The notes below the pieces were generated by a model. It was not told where the DNA came from, did not search any database, and saw only the letters and a list, made by a program, of their open reading frames with translations. Positions 63,666 to 64,000 of a stretch of 64,000 nucleotides of DNA are shown one piece after another. A program made the position numbers and the translations under genes. The stretch comes from the human T2T-CHM13v2.0 reference genome, Homo sapiens. The DNA is taken from assembly GCF_009914755.1 (NCBI RefSeq), contig NC_060936.1. One strand, given 5' to 3'. How positions within the stretch are numbered: position 1 is the first letter of the stretch; the number at the start of each line of letters is the position of its first letter.

Positions 63666-64000
63666 GCTATTTACATAAACAAATTATCTTAATAAAGGGT
63701 AATGAAAATTGCATGTACACATGCATGGAAAGCAGAGATTCAAAAGCTTGGCAATCAAAGTAAAAACTTATTTCCCTACCGAGGCCATGTGAAGGATAAT
63801 TTATTAAAAGAGGACACCTTTCTGGATGAATTACTTAAGCAAGGTACCTACCCATTCCTATTCCTCTATGCTGCCTCTAATGGGACTTCTGGTCTATAGA
63901 AAATGAGGAAGATGTATAGGGTTCGCTCAATATCCTGAGATAAAACTACAAATACATTTTCCCACAGAAACAATATCACAAATAGCAGTCAGAAAACTAC

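Overview
Eukaryotic (primate, very likely human 12p11.21) intron-rich DNA covering almost all of IPO8 (importin-8) on the minus strand. I reconstructed coding exons 2-25 by hand. All introns are GT-AG, all phases are compatible, and the exons total 3030 nt ending in TGA at 1520-1522. With the recalled 84-nt exon 1, which lies beyond 64000, this gives the 1037-aa protein. The 3'UTR runs off the left edge. Intron 5 holds an alternative coding first exon (MESLTLKG) that splices in frame to exon 6 and removes the N-terminal Ran-binding region. The rest is ordinary intronic repeat content: about 24 Alus, old L1s mostly antisense to the gene, L2/MIR, a MaLR LTR, Tigger3 and MER3/MER20. Most entries in the ORF track are Alu/L1 read-throughs or exon fragments. 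I found no evidence for a new multi-gene system. The most notable observations are the truncated-isoform exon next to a Tigger3b, a three-copy duplication/micro-inversion in intron 2, a tiny TSD-flanked Alu, a likely templated Alu patch, tightly spaced inverted Alus, and several candidate poison or cryptic exons. Repeat subfamily calls come from recalled consensus sequences and their boundaries are approximate.
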